A stretch of DNA of 64,000 nucleotides, from contig JAXLNO010000621.1 in NCBI GenBank assembly GCA_038087875.1, positions 1 to 64,000 on the forward strand, written 5' to 3'. The notes under the pieces are model-generated. The model worked only from the letters and a program-made list of their open reading frames with translations. It was not told the DNA's origin and searched no databases. A program made the position numbers and the translations under genes. This stretch comes from Malacoraja senta. Taxonomy: Eukaryota. This document shows, piece after piece, positions 12,783-26,094 of this stretch. How positions within the stretch are numbered: the first letter of the stretch is position 1; each line of letters begins with the position of its first letter.

Positions 12783-13709
12783 TACTTATACAACGATAAT
12801 ACCTTCCTCGGTTATAGTGGACAATCGGGAATAACAGACCTCTTCTTCCCTCCCTCCCCCCTATGGTCCGTTATAACGAGGGTTTACTGTTATTGAACTT
12901 AAGATTTGTTTGCACTATTTCAAATTTCAACACTACTTTACACCATTCTGCTGTTTTCATTTGTCGTTATATGCATTATATCTATCATTATCATGTATTC
13001 GTTTACTCTGAATCTGAATCTATAGCCCAATGCCATTTTCCAGCAACATGCCTCGATGTTTACCGGTCCTTCCAGGGAGAATGCGGGTCGATAAATCCTT
13101 CGCTATTCACTCCACGCGGTTGTAATGATTACATTAATGCCAGAGCTTACAGAAATTGAGCGCTGCACTGCAACGTCCCACAACCAGTGATCGAAATGAC
13201 TGATAAAGTTGTGCTTAACGGATTAACTTTGCGGCGAGGATGAGAGCACTCCCCACCCTCCTTTGATTTATTAGGCAGATTGAAAGAGCAGACTGATATG
13301 ATTATCGCCAAAGGCAGCTTCCCAAATAGCTCCCCTTTTCCCCACTGCCTGGCTGGCGACTGCTTCGATGAATCTTCCATTAACACCTAACTAATAGTAA
13401 TTCAGGTGCCTGAAGGGTCCAAACCAGAAACATCACCTTTCCATGTTCTCTAGAGATGCTGCCTGACAATACTGAGTTACTCCAGCACCAAAGGACACAA
13501 ACTACTGCATGAACTCAGCGGGTCAGGCAGCATCTCAGGTGATGTTCCGGGACTGGACCCTTTTTACTACGAGTTACGCCAACACTATGTGTCTTTTAAA
13601 AAAACTAATTGTAAACCTCATTTCACCCTTTCTGTTGACGTGTCCTAAACTGCTGTCCATTGGTCCAGTGCAACGCTGATTTTGTCAAGCAACCGACGTT
13701 TCTTTAACA

Positions 13710-14310
13710 GAGGGGCGTGACGCTGGGGGCGTGGGCTGGGGGCGTGACGCTAGGGGGCGTGGGCTGGGGAGTGACGCTGGGGGCGTGGGCTGTGGGCGTG
13801 ACGCTGGGGGCGTGGGCTGGGGGCGTGACGCTAGGGGGCGTTGTGCAATGGGGCGCGACGCGTGTGGGGGCGTGGCGCAAGAGGGCGTGGCGCAAGGGGC
13901 GTGGCGTAGGGGGGCCTGACGCAGGGGGGCGTGGGCTGGGAGGAGTGGCGCAGGGGGGGCTTGGGTTGGGGACGTGTCGCAAGGGGCATTTGCAGGGGGC
14001 GTGGTGCTGGAGGGTGTGACGCAGGGGGCGTGGCGCAGAGGGGCGTGACATAGCGGGGCGTGACGCAGAGGGCGTGGCGTAGGGGGCGAGACGCAGGGGA
14101 GTGGCGCAGAGGGGCGTGACATAGCGGGGCGTGGCGCAGAGGGCGTGGCGTAGGTGGGCGTGACGCAGGGGTGTGGCGCAGAGGGGCGTGACGAAGGAGG
14201 GTGTGTCGCAAGAGGGCGTGGGCTGGTGGGAGTGGCGCAGGAGGGGGGGCGTGGGTTTGGGGGAGTGGCGTAGGGGGCGTGACGCGGGGCGGGTGCGTGG
14301 CGCATGCGCG
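13710..14310 (+). promoter_or_regulatory. CpG-island promoter: tandem array of GGGGCGTG(G/AC) motifs ending in an NRF1-type site; probable STXBP6 promoter
   Basis: Many GGGGCGTGG (Sp/KLF) and GTGACG (half-CRE) units; GCGCATGCGC at 14300-14309. This is the only CpG-rich, non-TE segment I recognised upstream of the STXBP6 coding exon. Confidence 0.65.
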
Positions 14311-14512
14311 GGTAGGTAGCGAGCGTGGCTCTGGCGGTGCAGGCGGGCGGGACGCTGTCGCTCGGAGACCACCGGCCCCTGGCAGCAAGTGGCAGCTTCG
14401 CCCCGCCCGCATAGCAGAGAGACAGCCCGGCCTCTGGATACGGACTGCTCGAGTGAGCACAGAACTGTTTACGGTTAAGTTTCTTCTTGCACACCTGCGG
14501 ACCCGCCTGCCG
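14310..14512 (+). other. STXBP6: Putative non-coding first exon of STXBP6
   Basis: GC-rich unique sequence after the promoter array, ending in donor CCG|GTAGGT (GT at 14513). The coding exon at 63462 has an acceptor upstream of its ATG, so a 5' UTR exon is required. Boundaries are inferred. Confidence 0.45.
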
Positions 14513-16554
14513 GTAGGTTGGAGGGGAGGGTGGTGAGTGAGCTAAGTGAGTGAGTGAGGGGAGGGAAAGGGAGGGAGGGAGGGGGCAGAGGTGAGGGAGG
14601 ATGGAAGGAAGGTGGGAGAAGGAGAGGGCAGATGTGAAGGAGGGGTGGAGGGGAAGAGTATGTGTGCGGGAAGATGGGTGGGCAGAGGGGTGGGTTAAGG
14701 TGGGTGGGTGAAGGCGTGGAGTGAGAGGTGGATGGGTTAGGGCTTGGGGAGAGGGTGTGTGTGCAGGAAGATGGGTGGGCTGAGGTGGGTGTGTGCAGGA
14801 AGGTGGTGACTGACTGCAAGCTGCGGCTGCAGTTTCTGATCACTTGCGGTTGGAGACTGGGGCAGCAAAGCAAAAGTCAATGGGAGCAGAACTTGGGGAA
14901 ATGAGAGGCGTTTGGTGAGTCAAAAATCCTGCAAATTGTCCTGAACTTCTTTGAAAGACACGGATTAGAAATGCAATCTTGCTCGGTGGCGGAACTGGGG
15001 TATTTTCTCGTCTGCCTGTTAACAACATTTAGTCAAGACCGCTCAAACCCTCCCAGGAACGATGCAACACTTTCGAGACCGAGGGGGGGCAAAGTCAGCC
15101 GTGTTCAGGAAAGCGTGAAAAAAATAGTTTAGAGTGGATTTATAAACTCACCGGAAAAGTGTTGCGGAAATCAGTTTTCAGTTGAAGTTCGAGTCTGCTG
15201 GAATAGTCGCGGAACCTGGCGCGTAGTGATTACTTTGAGTTTTCTAGTGACTGGTTGAAGGTTTTTTTTGCTAATCGTCAGTTCGAGACCATTGCAATTC
15301 TAATTCATGAGTCTGTCAGCTGCATGCCTTGCATTCCTCTTCACAAGGCACCGTGATCAGAAATACAGCGGCGATTGTAAGTTTCCCAGTCTAATTACAG
15401 CCTTGGCTCTCACTTCAAACGAAAGCTCCTGTGTGTGTCAAATTGCTCACTTTCCCTGCCGATTAAAAAAAAATCGGTTGCATGCATTAAACATCACGAT
15501 GTAATCTTATAAATCTTTACAATTTAAAAATCGAGTTATACTCATTAAAATGACAGTGCGAGTGCTACAGATTCGGCATCCTGTGGATTTTCTAATTTCC
15601 CGTGTTATTCATTCCACTTTTGGATAATCAAATTAAGGGAATGGATCTGTCTCCCTTGTGTATGGAATATGATTTGGAGTATCTCATCAAATGTAACAAA
15701 ATATCAATGGGCTATTGTTTTGTTTTTATCCCTTTTCCCAAAATACATGGGGTCGTGAGTGCAGTATCCCAAGTGGGATAAGCAACATGGAAAAAACAAG
15801 GAAAAATCCACCGACTGCCAAATCTGTAGTACTGACAGTGTCACTGTAAAAATGATGTAGTGCAACCAAATCTTTAAACTGCATTAAGGTTAACATGCTT
15901 GTGCAGTGATGTGATTATGCACTCAATAATTTTTTGTAATATCAGGAGGGATAGTGTGCAATTTGATAAGTCAGGTGGCGGAATAGGTGCTGCCTTTTCT
16001 AAAATACTCTCAGGGTGATCATCACTTAAACCCTCAGCTGACAAATGACTGCTTACCTGAAAAACCTTCAGGCAGCTGGCTATCCAAAATAGAAATGCAG
16101 TAAAAAAAACATTTACTTTGATTCTAGCAGGTATTCACATATACCTCAAAGATTTAGAAATTAATCATTTTTCTTTTGTATTTTTTGTATTTATCTATTT
16201 CACGGCAGTATAACAGTTTTTAATTGTCCTTTATGCACCAATTGACTGTCTAGACATAAAATAACAATTGATTTTACACTGACTTCTTGTTTCGATAGCA
16301 AGGAAGCTGACTTGTTTTATAGTTACAATTATGTGATTGTGATTTTAATTTGTTTTGAGTTTGACAATTGATCATGCAGGCAGGAAGCATTTTAATGATT
16401 GTTAACTTGGTTTCAAGTTGTCCATGTAGTTTAGGGTAAAAAATCAAAATGGTTGCAGGAACTTGGGATTGGGAGGAGGGGAGGTTGAAGGGGAAGGAAT
16501 GGTCATTTCGGATCAAGACCCTGAATGACACAAATACAGCACCTTGACTACTTT

Positions 16555-16735
16555 GAAGATACAGCACAGAAACAGGCCCTTCGGAGCCGAAGGAAACCGG
16601 AACACTCAGAAAAAACCTACATGATCACAAGGAGAACGTACAAACTCCATACAGACAGCATCCGTAGTCAGAATCGAACCAGTCTCTTTAACACTGTAAG
16701 GCAGCAACACTACTGCTGTGCCACTATGCCACCCT
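16555..16735 (-). mobile_element. Internally deleted V-SINE inserted among Penelope pLTR remnants
   Basis: Minus-strand SINE head and tail; pLTR-like sequence at 16490-16530 and 16760-16862. Confidence 0.7.
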
Positions 16736-18785
16736 ATTTATTAATATGTGACCTTAAACATCAATATTTCCTGTCCCCCACAGATGCTGCCGGCCCACTA
16801 AGTTCCACCAGCAGTTTGTATTTTTACTCCAGATTCCAGTATCTGCAGCCTCTTGTGTCTCCATGTAGTTTATGAGAGTTGATGATTGACTCCAGTATAT
16901 TATCCACAAACCAAATAGACACATGTGTAATGTCCGATTTGTTTTTGTTTTCAGTGCACTCTTACAAATTGTTGGACTGATTATCCACTTTGTTTGCTTT
17001 ATTTGTCTACATTCATTTTCACCTACATTTGAAACATGCTGATGTATGGAAACTTTTAATAAGTATATTGTATGATCATTTCAATATCCTATTGCGCCTG
17101 GTATGCATCATCACTTAGTTTAATAGGAGTATTACAGTTGGCCATTTGTATTTAACATGCATCTTCTTGTGTTCAACATGTAAAGAATTTTAGTGGGTAA
17201 ACCCAGTGTGTTTGCATTTGACATAGTTCTTTGCATGAAGCCCACAGTGGAATGTTGAAGTTTTGAGAAAATTATGGAAAATGTTGATCGATTAGGTTAT
17301 AATATTTTTCTCACTTTTATCATTTAGAAACGGATACCTTCCTGTACATTATTTTTCGAATAGCGTTTTGAATAACAAATTGGAGAGTGGCCATGTGTAA
17401 ATTTGTTTAATATCAAAACAATAATAGATCTATTTAACGTCTTCAGTTTTGTGGTGGGGTTTCAGTGACTCTGGAATACCATGTTTCAAAGAGCTTCTGA
17501 GAGATGGTTTTTGGCTGTTTTGTCAGGTTAAAGCCTTTTTCGAAGAAACAAAAATGGGAGCTACTGGTAGTTTGTTTCATTTTGAAGAACGCAAGGGGGT
17601 GATTTCAAAAGCATGTCATTGTTTACATTTGAATGTTGGGACTAAAACCAAAATATTGTGCAAGATAAATCTTTAGTTCAACATTGTATGTTTACTTTAG
17701 TCTGTTTCTATTTTGAAAAACAGTTTGTTTCTTTTCTCAGCCTCCCAAGATTCGCTGCTATACATTCCTTTAGTGTATGATGTTTAAAATTATTAAGTAT
17801 GATTTTCCTTGAATTCTGTTTGACGCTTTTAAGTATAATACTAGGCTGTGGGACCCGTTGGGTCCCAGTCACACGGGAGGCCTGGTCCCCCCAACGCAAC
17901 CCAGTCCCCAAGGGGGTGTGTGGGGAAAGGGGGGGGTGGGGAAAGGGGGTGGGGGAAAGGGGGTGGGGGAAGGGGGGTGTGGGGAGGGGGGTTGGTCGCA
18001 GCAGAAGCAGTTCCCACTCTGTTCACCCCGCACCTTCAGCTTTCAGCCTCACGCAGCAGATCCCGGCCCCACTCTGGATTCACTCAGGCTTCCGGTTCAA
18101 CTCAGCAGCTTCCGGCAGGTCGTGCTGGTCGCCGCAGAAGCAGCCCGCACGCTGCTCACTCTCCACAGGCTGCTCATTCTCCGCAGGCTGCTCACTCTCC
18201 GCGAGCTGCACACTCTATACGAGCTGCACACTCTACACGAGCTGCTCAACACAATCCGCCCCTTCAGCTTTTTATTCTCCCTGCCGCCGTTATTGACAGC
18301 AAGTTCCGGAAGGGGCGGTTTTTACGACTTTTAAACCTTCATAACTTTTGTACTATGTCACCGATCGGAACAAAACTTATTTGACAGCAGAGGAGAATGG
18401 TGAGTAACATGGCGAAAAATCGTATCATTATTGGGGATCGATTTGCGCAAATTTAAAAACAACGCAGTGGTCAAGATGAGAGTTTTAGTAATAGTATTAG
18501 ACTGGGACCCGTTGGGTCCCATGTTCACAGGGGAGGGCTGGTCCCCCAACGCAATATTCCACCTCTCCACCAATTCCAATATTGGTGGCCAGTGGGGGGG
18601 GGGGGGATTTCTGGAGCGCTAGTATGGGTGTTGTGAGCTGAAGGGACTGGTTTCCAGAGGGCTAGTATGGACATTGTGGGCCAAATGGATTCTTGGGGTG
18701 GCAGCTCAGTCACTCAAGCCTGATGTGTTGTCAGCTCACTCACGGCTGGTGGGCTGGCAGTTGACTCACGGCTATTCCTTGAAAT

Positions 18786-19612
18786 TTCAAGCAGGGTGCA
18801 AGGCCACCGAATTCAAATGCAGTTTCCGACCACTTCAAGCACGGTGCAAGGCCAACGAATTCAAGTGCAGTTTCATACCACTTCAAGCAGGGTGCAAGGC
18901 CACGAAATTCAGGTGCAGTTTCCTACCACTTCAAGCAGGGTGCAAGGCCACCGAATTCAAGTGCAGTTTCATACCACTTCAAGCAGGGTGCAAGGCCACC
19001 AAACTCAAGTGCAGTTTCATACCACCAAGCAGGGTGCAAGGCCACCAAATTCAAGTGCAGTTTCCTACCACTTCAAGCAGGGTGCAAGGCCACCAAACTC
19101 AAGTGCAGTTTCCTACCATTTCAAGCAGGGTGCAGGGCCACCAAACTCAAGTACAGTTTCCTACCACTTCAAGCAGGGTGCAAGGCCACCACATTCAAGT
19201 GCAGTTCCATGCCACTTAAAGCGGGATGCAAGGCCACCAAATGCAAGTGCAGTTTCATGCAATTTCAAGCAGGGTGCAAGGCCAGCAAATTCAAGTGCAG
19301 TTTCATGCCATTTCAAGCAGGGTGCAAGGCCACCAAATTCAAGTGCAGTTTCATACCACTTCAAGCAGGGTGCAAGGCCACCAAATTCAGGTGCAGTGTC
19401 CTACCACTTCAAGCAGGGTGCAAGGCCACCAAATTCAAGTGCAGTTTCATACCACTTCAAGCAGGGTGCAAGGCCACCGAATTCAAGTGCAGTTCCCGAC
19501 CACTTCAAGCAGGGTGCAAGGCCACCAAACTCGTGCAGTTTCCTACCACTTCAAGCAGGGTGCAAGGCCACCACATTCAAATGCTGTTTCATACCATTGC
19601 AAGCAGGGTGAA
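18786..19612. repeat. 48-bp minisatellite (~17 copies) inside the Helitron-like element
   Basis: Unit TTCAAGCAGGGTGCAAGGCCACCAAATTCAAGTGCAGTTTCATACCAC; period 48 (18786, 18834, ...). Confidence 0.95.
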
Positions 19613-20002
19613 ACCACCATAAAACACCACATAAACACCACACTCACAGTTCAGTAGACATTCAGTGTGTTCAGTTGATTCAGCTCAGACAGAGTCGTGA
19701 CCTCTCCCTCCCCATCTTGCAGAGACTGAGCCATACTCACACTTCCGGGTTTTACAATCCCTCCCCCCTCCCAGCGGAAGGGGCGTGGCCTTCATTGCGT
19801 GATTGACAGGGGAGAGATTCTCAACATTTTTTAAACACTAATAACACTTTTATTTTTCATTGATGGGAAGAATCCTCTGCACCTGATGAGCGGAGGGGGA
19901 CTGAGTAAGATGCCCAAAAATCACAGCCGTAAGTGGTAGCGTTTTATCTAAAATCAATATACAGTGCAAACAGGAAGTTGTCAAGTTTAGACTTTTAATC
20001 AT

Positions 20003-20285
20003 TTGCCATTTCAAACCAACCACCACCAACCATTTGCTGTGCTTTATTTCAAACCAACCAACCACCACCAACCATTTGCTTTGCTTTATTTCAACCAACC
20101 ACCACCAACCATTTGCTGTGCTTTATTTCAAACCAACCCACCACCACCAACCATTTGCTGTGCTTTATTTCAAACCAACCACCACCACCAACCATTTGCT
20201 GTGCTTTATTTCAAACCAACCACCACCACCAACCATTTGCTGTGCTTTATTTCAAACCAACCACATTTTCATTTTCAAACCACAT
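20003..20285. repeat. ~37-42-bp minisatellite (~6 copies) inside the Helitron-like element
   Basis: Unit CATTTGCTGTGCTTTATTTCAAACCAACC(ACC)nAAC. Confidence 0.9.
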
Positions 20286-23200
20286 TAAGGGCACTCAAGG
20301 TGAGTAAAATCACACTTACAGTTTAGTAGACATGTGTTCAGTGTTATTCACAGCTCAGACTGAGAGACGTGACCCGCTCGCTCCCCCATCTTGCAGAGAC
20401 TGACTGAGGCACTCAACACTTCTGGGTTTTATAGTCCCTCCGGAAGGGGCGTGACCTTCAGGAGAGAGAATCTCAACATTTTTTAACACTAATAACTCAT
20501 TTATTTTTCATCGAATGGAAAAATACTCTTGTCCTGCACAGCGGAGGGGGACTCTGAGTAAGATGGCCAAAAATTACAGCCATAATGGGCAGCATTTTTT
20601 CTAAAATCAATATACAGAACAACAGGAAGTGGTCAAGATCAGACTTTTAGTAATATAGATAGATGTTGCAAATAATTGTCAGTAATTGTATTGTTCCTTT
20701 ACTGTTGAAAAGTTAATTTATTTCTGTTATTAGTGCCCATTTTATGGATTGGAAAGGTTGAGGGGGATATGGACAAATGCGCACATGTGGGACTAGTGCA
20801 GATGGGACCCTGGGATTGACATGGGCAATGTGGCTGAAGAGTCTGGTTTCATGCTGTAAGACTCTATACCTCTAAGTGCTTCAAGGACTGTTTTTTACCA
20901 AGGCTTGTCATATTGTACAGCAGCAGATCTGCATGCAGCAAACCTCCACGGACACTCTAATTATGGCAGATAGTCAGTTTCATTGATGTTGATAGAGGGA
21001 TAACTCCATTCCTCTATTTTGAAAATATGCTGTGGGCAACTTAACATTTACGTGAGAGACCAGAAGGGGCTATGGTTTAACGTCTTGTCTGAAACACACC
21101 ATTTCCAACTGTGCAGTAAAATCCCAGTAATCTGGAAATGCTGAAGGTCGGGCATCTGGAATGTGAACTGTGGGTTCACTGCAAGCAGGATGTACAGTCA
21201 GCCATGGTGATCTGGAGTGCCAGCTGAGCATTGGGCAATGGGCTGGGATCAGGAATCTGGACAATCTGGAAAATCTGTTCTATCCAAGCCACAGGAGTGC
21301 TGGATTATTGGAGTTTTACTGTATTTACAAAATGGGGACTGGTCCTTGCGACCCAATCCTAGGCCGGTGCCTCTGCTCTTGAGGTGCCTCCTCTCATGCC
21401 TTTTCATCACCCCATCAATGAAATGTCTTCCTTTCCTTTCTCCCTCTCCTTTATCCCTTGTCTATCTCTTTAACTAGCTTTGCTTTAATGACATCTGGAA
21501 TAATAAGCTCAGTTACTTTTTGATAGTGAGCTTCCCCCTAATCATCCTCTCCCCTATGTGACTGTTTTGCATTTAAGGCCCTTGTTCCAGTTCAAGCATG
21601 GTGCAAGCATGGTGCAAGGTTCCTGCTAATATCTTCTCTGGCTGTACTCCACAAAGCTGTTCATCTTAAGCACAAACCTCTCTCAGATAAACCCTCAGTC
21701 TTTTATTTAATGAGAAGAGCCTGACTCACTGACATTGTTTGGCCTTTCTGGATAGATATAGCATGTCAGTTCGGGTGTCATCTTCGTGGATCAATATTGT
21801 GCCTTCAGTGCCTCCTATGTTGTCTTTTTAACACGTTTGTCAGGACTGTTTATGGGAGAGTTATGATAATCTTATGCCCATAGTGGACATGTTGGGCCAA
21901 ATTGCTCCCTCCAATGCTACAAATTTCTCTGAAAATTCTTTTGATTTTGTGTACCTGATAGATTTTGAGAAGGTCTGAAAGATTTTGAACACGTATGGGT
22001 AGACAGAATTAAGATACAGAACAGCCATGACCTAATTGAATGATGGACCCGATTCAAATGGCCATGTGGCTGGCTTCTGTTCTGGAGTTCTGTAATAGGC
22101 ACACAACTGGAGAGTCAGTCTCTGCCAAGTCTCTCAATCCACAAACTTTTGGCTTGTTTAAGATGCTTTCACTGAAACTGCACGATTGAACTTGGAGTAG
22201 GGTAAACTTGATAGATTAAGTTCTATTTGACATTTTGTTTGCTTTTTCCCTTTTGAAAACTTGAAACAGTAATCGCCATCAGATTCTGTACAGCAGCACA
22301 GTATGCACACGGTCCTGCTTGTTTTTCCAGTAGCTGCATCATTCAGTAGAATTAATGTACACACATCATTAATACAAAATAGTCTTTCACTAACAAGAAA
22401 GAAGTTTGTTCACATTTATTGCCACATGCACCAATTAAGGTACAGTGGAATTTGATTTACCATGCAGCCATACAAACAAAAGAGCATAATACACAATAGA
22501 ATATAACATGAACATCCACCACAGTGGAATCAACATTCTTCATTGTGGTGGAAGGCAATAACTTTATCAGTCCTCTTCCTTTGTTCATCCGTGGTCGGGG
22601 TTGTGGTCACTAATAACAGAAAGAAGATTTACTATCTGTTTTGTTGATGGTGGCTTTATGCTTGGACTTGAAATAAAAGTCTCAGTATAATGAGCTGGTA
22701 ACCAGAGGAATTTTGGAGGCATTAACACTGCAGGATTTTATTTATTGCAGCAGAACCCGTCTCTGTGTGCATGTGCAGTATTTATGATTGGACCACACCA
22801 GTCAGATTTTAGTCAAGATTCTTGAAATGCATTCACCCTAATCTTCAGACGAGAGTTTTGTGATCTGCTGTATGTATGTCTGGTGAATGAGGAAATCCAG
22901 TGGGAGCTGTTTATAGTGCTTCTAGTTTGGAGCGACTTGCATTTTTGTCATTCTTTCGTTTCAACGGGTTCTTGGATTACAACAGGGATTTGAATGTTGT
23001 CTGTTTTCTTTCGTAAGTATGGAAATATGTAAATAAATATGGTTTCTTCTTTGTCAGGTATTAGGGAATGGTAGTTCACTGTAATTGAGGCTAGTAATTT
23101 TAAACTCAATTTATTTTTGTTGCAGATAATATTTTTCAGTCTCTGGTTGTTTGCTGCACTTACACCTATTGCTCTGAGAACATTGACAACTATGCTGTCA

Positions 23201-23680
23201 TTGTGATAGGCAACTGAATAGAAATATGAAACTCATGGGGCACAGTCTTCTTTCTCATCTAACCCCATCAAAGAGGAAAACCCACCTTCAGAGCTCAATT
23301 GCGTTGTCTATGACTCGAATGGCCGAAACCCTTTAAAATGTTAATGCACCTAAGGTTGATAATTCTTTATGTTGATTTTGGTATAATTTTTTTCTCCCCT
23401 TCCTTGACCCAGCCTCCATAATAGTACTTTGTTCCTGCTATGCGTAATGAAAATGGGTAGGAATGCAACTTTTACAGATACAAGTGAATTGCATTAACAA
23501 GGATCTGTTGTTGAATGCAGCCGTGTGCGGAATTGCTTTGTTCTTTTAACTGCTATTTATAAATGTGCAAATAAGAAAGACTTTGATACTTTCATGGCAG
23601 TGGTGGATTTCATCAACCATGCCTGGGCTATGGAAACTGGTCCATGTTTTATCGGGTTTTACTGTCACTTATATTGGAGA

Positions 23681-23800
23681 CTAGACCAAGAGTCCCATCC
23701 TCTCAATGGGGGAGTGGGGGGGGGCGGGGGGGGGCGGCCTGCGGCGTCACACACACACTAACCTTGCCCCGCCCCACACACACACACTAACCACCCCACA

Positions 23801-23890
<90 letters not shown>

Positions 23891-24440
23891 ACACACCCCC
23901 CCCCCCCGATATATTGATATTAATTCGCTCCGTTTACCCCATTCCCCGCCCTATCCACTCATGCATCGCCCCCAACTCGCAGGTGCATCTAGAGAGGGAG
24001 GGAGCAGAGGCAGGGAGAGAGAGGGGCAGAGACAGAGGGAGGGGGCAGAGGGAGAGGGGTGGGAGAGGCCCTGGGGAGGATAGAGGCCCGGGGGGGGGAG
24101 AGGCCCGGCGGGGGGTGAGGGGGGGGGAGTGGCCCGGCGGGGGGTGAGAGGGAGATAGTCTGCAGCGAGGGCCTCGGGCGGGTGGGGGAAGGTGAAAGCG
24201 GGGGTGGGGGAAGGGGGGGGGTGTGGGAAGGGGGGTGGTCGCAGCAAACGCAACTCGCACTCTGCTCACCCCACACCTTCAGCTTTCGGCCTCACGCAGT
24301 AGCTCCCGGGTCCCACTCTGACTTCACTCAGAGGCTTCCGGTTCAACTTAGCAGTTCAACTTAACGGTTCAACTGTGCAGCCCGTCACAGTGCGGCCGCA
24401 CGGGCAGGTGGAGGAGGAGGGGGGAATTGTTTCTTAGAGC
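23681..24440 (-). mobile_element. Degenerate Helitron-like copy with (CA)n tract; 3' hairpin deleted
   Basis: A|CTAGACCAAG..GTCCCATCC matches the 50223/51426 termini minus the hairpin. 24235-24360 matches 17994-18110. (CA)n at ~23805-23890. Confidence 0.65.
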
Positions 24441-26094
24441 AAAATTGTTAACTAACATTTAAGTATGTGGCAGTGTACCGGGAGCGGAGCTCAGGGTCAG
24501 TGAGACGGGGTGGCAGACGTAGTACCCCATGACCCGAGGGAGGGCAGAGCTTCGCGGGTGGATGGGGAACGCCGTGGTGGGGGGGGGGGGAAGAGAGGGG
24601 TGTTGGGGCGGGAGGGTGGTGTTGGGCAAGGGGGGTTGTGTTGCGCTGGAGATGTGGACATACAGGAAGGTGTGATTGGCACCAATATTGCTGCTGGAGT
24701 CGATGGGTGCAGTGGATGGTGGCCAGTTATCAGTGATTGCTCAGCCCCCCCCCCCCCCCCCACTTTCAAAAATGCTCCGCGGCCCCTGTAGGCTGCCAAC
24801 AGCAGCTCAAAACCCGAACTGGATTATTAGGTAGAATGTGTGGCATGCATATAATATGTGTAGTGGAGATTATATTGGCATGGATTAATATAGTTAATCT
24901 GCAACTATGTTGGTCATGAACCCAATAAAGTGCTTGTCAACTTTTTTGAAGGAATTTGAAATTTGACCCCTTTATCACATTATTATGTGCAGTATTGTAA
25001 AAAGACACACGTGCATTGGCCTTGTTGTGGTGTAATAAATCTATGTGCCAATAGCTTTGCTATCTTTACACCTGCAAAGTCTGGACTTTTTAAGTATTAC
25101 ATTTGGGATGAAGAACGACTGGTCATTTGACAGAGTGAATGAAGTCTGTTGTAATGTGATGTGTTTACTTCACCATTCCGTTTTCCACAGAACAGCTAAA
25201 ACAATGGATGTAGAAATCAACATATTATTCTTTGTTCATGTTCATTAGACTTGCATGCAGTTTGTGTATTGAGTCTTGAATGCAACTGGCGTTGCTTAAA
25301 ATTTGCTAAACTACTATTCTCTAATTAAAAATAACTATTGGCAATAGGCATGAATATTTGCAAAGTAAATATTTTTGGAAGAAATATTTATATTTATTTA
25401 CCTTTCTGAGCTTAATGTATGAAAATGCTCCACCAGCGCAGTTCCCCGAACCAGTTCGACTGGTTCCACGAATTCAGTGTTCTTCCAATTATTGGTTCTT
25501 TTTCAAGACTATTGCACTGATTTTTGATTCTATTTAATGCTTCTTCCAATCTGTATTTCAAGATGAGATACTATGTCGTGCAGATTTTTGTGAAGAATTA
25601 AAAAAAAAAAAAGTTTGCAAATAAGTACGAGTTCCATATAAGTGTTCTTGCCTGTCAGCATTGCTTTACCAGTTTCTTTCAAATAATCTTTGATTTAAAC
25701 CAGCATCTGCAGTTCCTACACATTCTTTCAAATAAATTTGTGTTCTGTATGGGTGAATTCAGTCTTTATTTTTGATTACAACATCAAAAAAATTCTGACA
25801 TCAAATATTAAACTAACTCTAAAAAACCACATTCTTTACAGAGAGTACTGTTCTGAATACATTTTTGCACGGTTTGTTTTTGAAATTGCACAGCTGACTC
25901 TTATTTTTATTGCAAGGGTGACATCATACTCCATTGCATGCAATACAAAAATATTTGTTAATATGCCTTATCTGCTTGCACAATCCCATTCTTTCCTGAC
26001 AATCGAAATTAAAGGTTCCCAGAATCAATTTGTCATAACCAAATGTTTGACCAAAGCTGATGATTGGCCTGATCTACTAAATTAATTGGTCATG

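Larger units (their letters stand above)
17841..20659 (-). mobile_element. Composite non-autonomous Helitron-like element (tandem units 17841-18496 and 18497-20659)
   Basis: Plus strand: A|CTAG (17841) + GGGACCCGTTGGGTCCC hairpin; second hairpin end at ~18497; ends TTTTAGTAATATAGA|T (20659), i.e. minus-strand A|TCTATATTACTAAAA. No TSD. Confidence 0.8.

Noticed and set aside
13685..14536. Long Pro/Ala/Arg-rich ORFs on both strands
   Set aside because: By-product of a GC-rich tandem array lacking stop codons; no recognisable protein.
18786..19612. CRISPR-like regular array or Cys-rich repeat protein ORFs (18674..19219, 18796..19611, 19209..19622)
   Set aside because: Contiguous tandem units with no unique spacers, no cas genes, eukaryotic context. 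ORFs are open in several frames only because the unit is 48 bp.
23126..23356. Possible cassette exon (acceptor TTTTTGTTGCAG); similar strong acceptors near 9100 and 56113
   Set aside because: No convincing donor or ORF, and no homology I can recognise; needs RNA-seq.
24480..24790. Possible DNA-transposon end (minus-strand CAGGGGCCGCGGAGCATTTTTGAAAGTGGGG); similarly CAGGGCTCAAATT near 61957
   Set aside because: Only one terminus found in each case, with no matching TIR or TSD, so they could not be classified.
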